64,000 nt of DNA from Felis catus (lineage: Eukaryota), in assembly GCF_018350175.1 (NCBI RefSeq), contig NC_058368.1:161698001-161762000 (forward strand), given 5' to 3'. The position numbers were made by a program, and so were the translations under genes. The notes under the pieces were generated by a model, which was not told the origin of the DNA, did no database searches, and worked only from the letters and a program-made list of their open reading frames with translations. Shown here one piece after another: positions 62,961-64,000 of the stretch. Position 1 is the first letter of the stretch, and every line of letters starts with the position of its first letter.

Positions 62961-64000
62961 GCGCACGCAAGCAACAGCAAGTCACACAACCCGGGGAGAA
63001 CGCAGCGTGCCAGAAGGAAGTCAGGTCGCCCTCCTGGGAAACCTACGTATCAGCTCCCTGGACGAGCGCAGAGATAGTCTGTCCTTATCAGCGGGGAGAG
63101 GACACCTCAGCCGGGGACAGATTAGAGACGCATCTTGCTTGAGAGATGCTTCGTCCTGAGCAGGGCGGGGGGGAGTGGGTTGCCAGGGGGTAGCTTCATC
63201 CAAGTGCCTTTCCTAAACATACACACGCGGACACACACACGCGAACGCGCATACACACGCCCTCCCGAGAAGAGTGAATCGAGGAAGGGAGGGGGAAGGA
63301 GGAGGAGGACGTTTAGTATTCGGTGCACAGCTCGATCTGGAAAGTACCCATACACACATGAACCAATTAGCCGATCGCCCACTCAGGGTGGGTGGTGGAT
63401 GACCACCCCGATTTAGGATCTTGAAGGAAACAGATGACAGAGGTGTCATTAGGCGCTTTGTGGATATTTATGTGACGCTTTTTCACTGCCATTTGGAAAC
63501 TCCTCACGCAGGAGTCAAGGAAACTCCAATCCGCCTTAAACTTCACTGCGGAGAAACAGAATTTTGCGAAAAAGCAGCCACCAAGGACATCCTTTAAATG
63601 CAAGTACACCCAGACATAGGAGAAAGAAGGGGGAAAGGTAGGAGGATAGGAAGAAAGGAAAGAAGGAAGGGCACGTTCTTCCTCAAAAATTTCAGTGATG
63701 TGTGTTTAGCCTCTGATTTACACTCTCTCCTCCCTCCTACTGTTTTCCTTACTTCTGTTGTATTGTGTGGAAGGGGCACTTTGGAGTTCTAGTTAACCGT
63801 GAGTCTGAGTACTTCCTTCACTGTTCTTTGGCCTCGCCCTCACCAAGAGAGAGAAGCTTGCTGTTCTAGTTATATCCATGCCTTGGTTTGGTTTTACCTC
63901 ATGGCTAGTGGGACGGATGGGTCGGGAGGCACCCCTAGTGTGAGATCTTGCCCGGAAGCCAGGATTTACCCCATCTGAAAGAAAAGGTTCCAAGTTCTCC

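Larger units (their letters stand above)
62300..63400. promoter_or_regulatory. Promoter/exon 1 CpG island
   Basis: High GC content and dense CpG compared with the CpG-depleted, AT-rich rest of the window (by eye). Confidence 0.8.

Overview
Eukaryotic, AT-rich mammalian genomic DNA from a cat-family carnivore, judged from the many CanSINE/SINEC_Fc-type tRNA-derived SINEs and carnivore L1 3' ends. The window holds the 5' ~62 kb of one protein-coding gene on the minus strand, ST8SIA4 (PST, alpha-2,8-polysialyltransferase). It contains the CpG-rich promoter with CCAAT and GC boxes (~62300-63400) and coding exons 1-4 (62301-62413, 55310-55441, 45529-45786, 17302-17595; 797 nt, codons 1-266, all GT-AG). 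The last coding exon lies beyond position 1. The rest is intron filled with SINEs, L1/L2/MIR/MER/MLT relics and microsatellites; nearly all other ORFs in the track are spurious. I see no evidence for a novel multi-gene system. The most unusual items are: a SINE carrying a perfect 82-bp inverted copy of its own 5' end inside its A-tail (31515-31863); an unidentified ~115-bp A-tailed, TSD-flanked retro-insertion inside an old L1 (13802-13915); three loci where two retroelements reused the same target site, leaving three TSD copies; an immediate stop on exon-3 read-through (168-aa truncated isoform); and a candidate 82-codon uORF. Repeat subfamily names come from my recollection of consensus sequences and need RepeatMasker/Dfam confirmation. 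Repeat boundaries are approximate.
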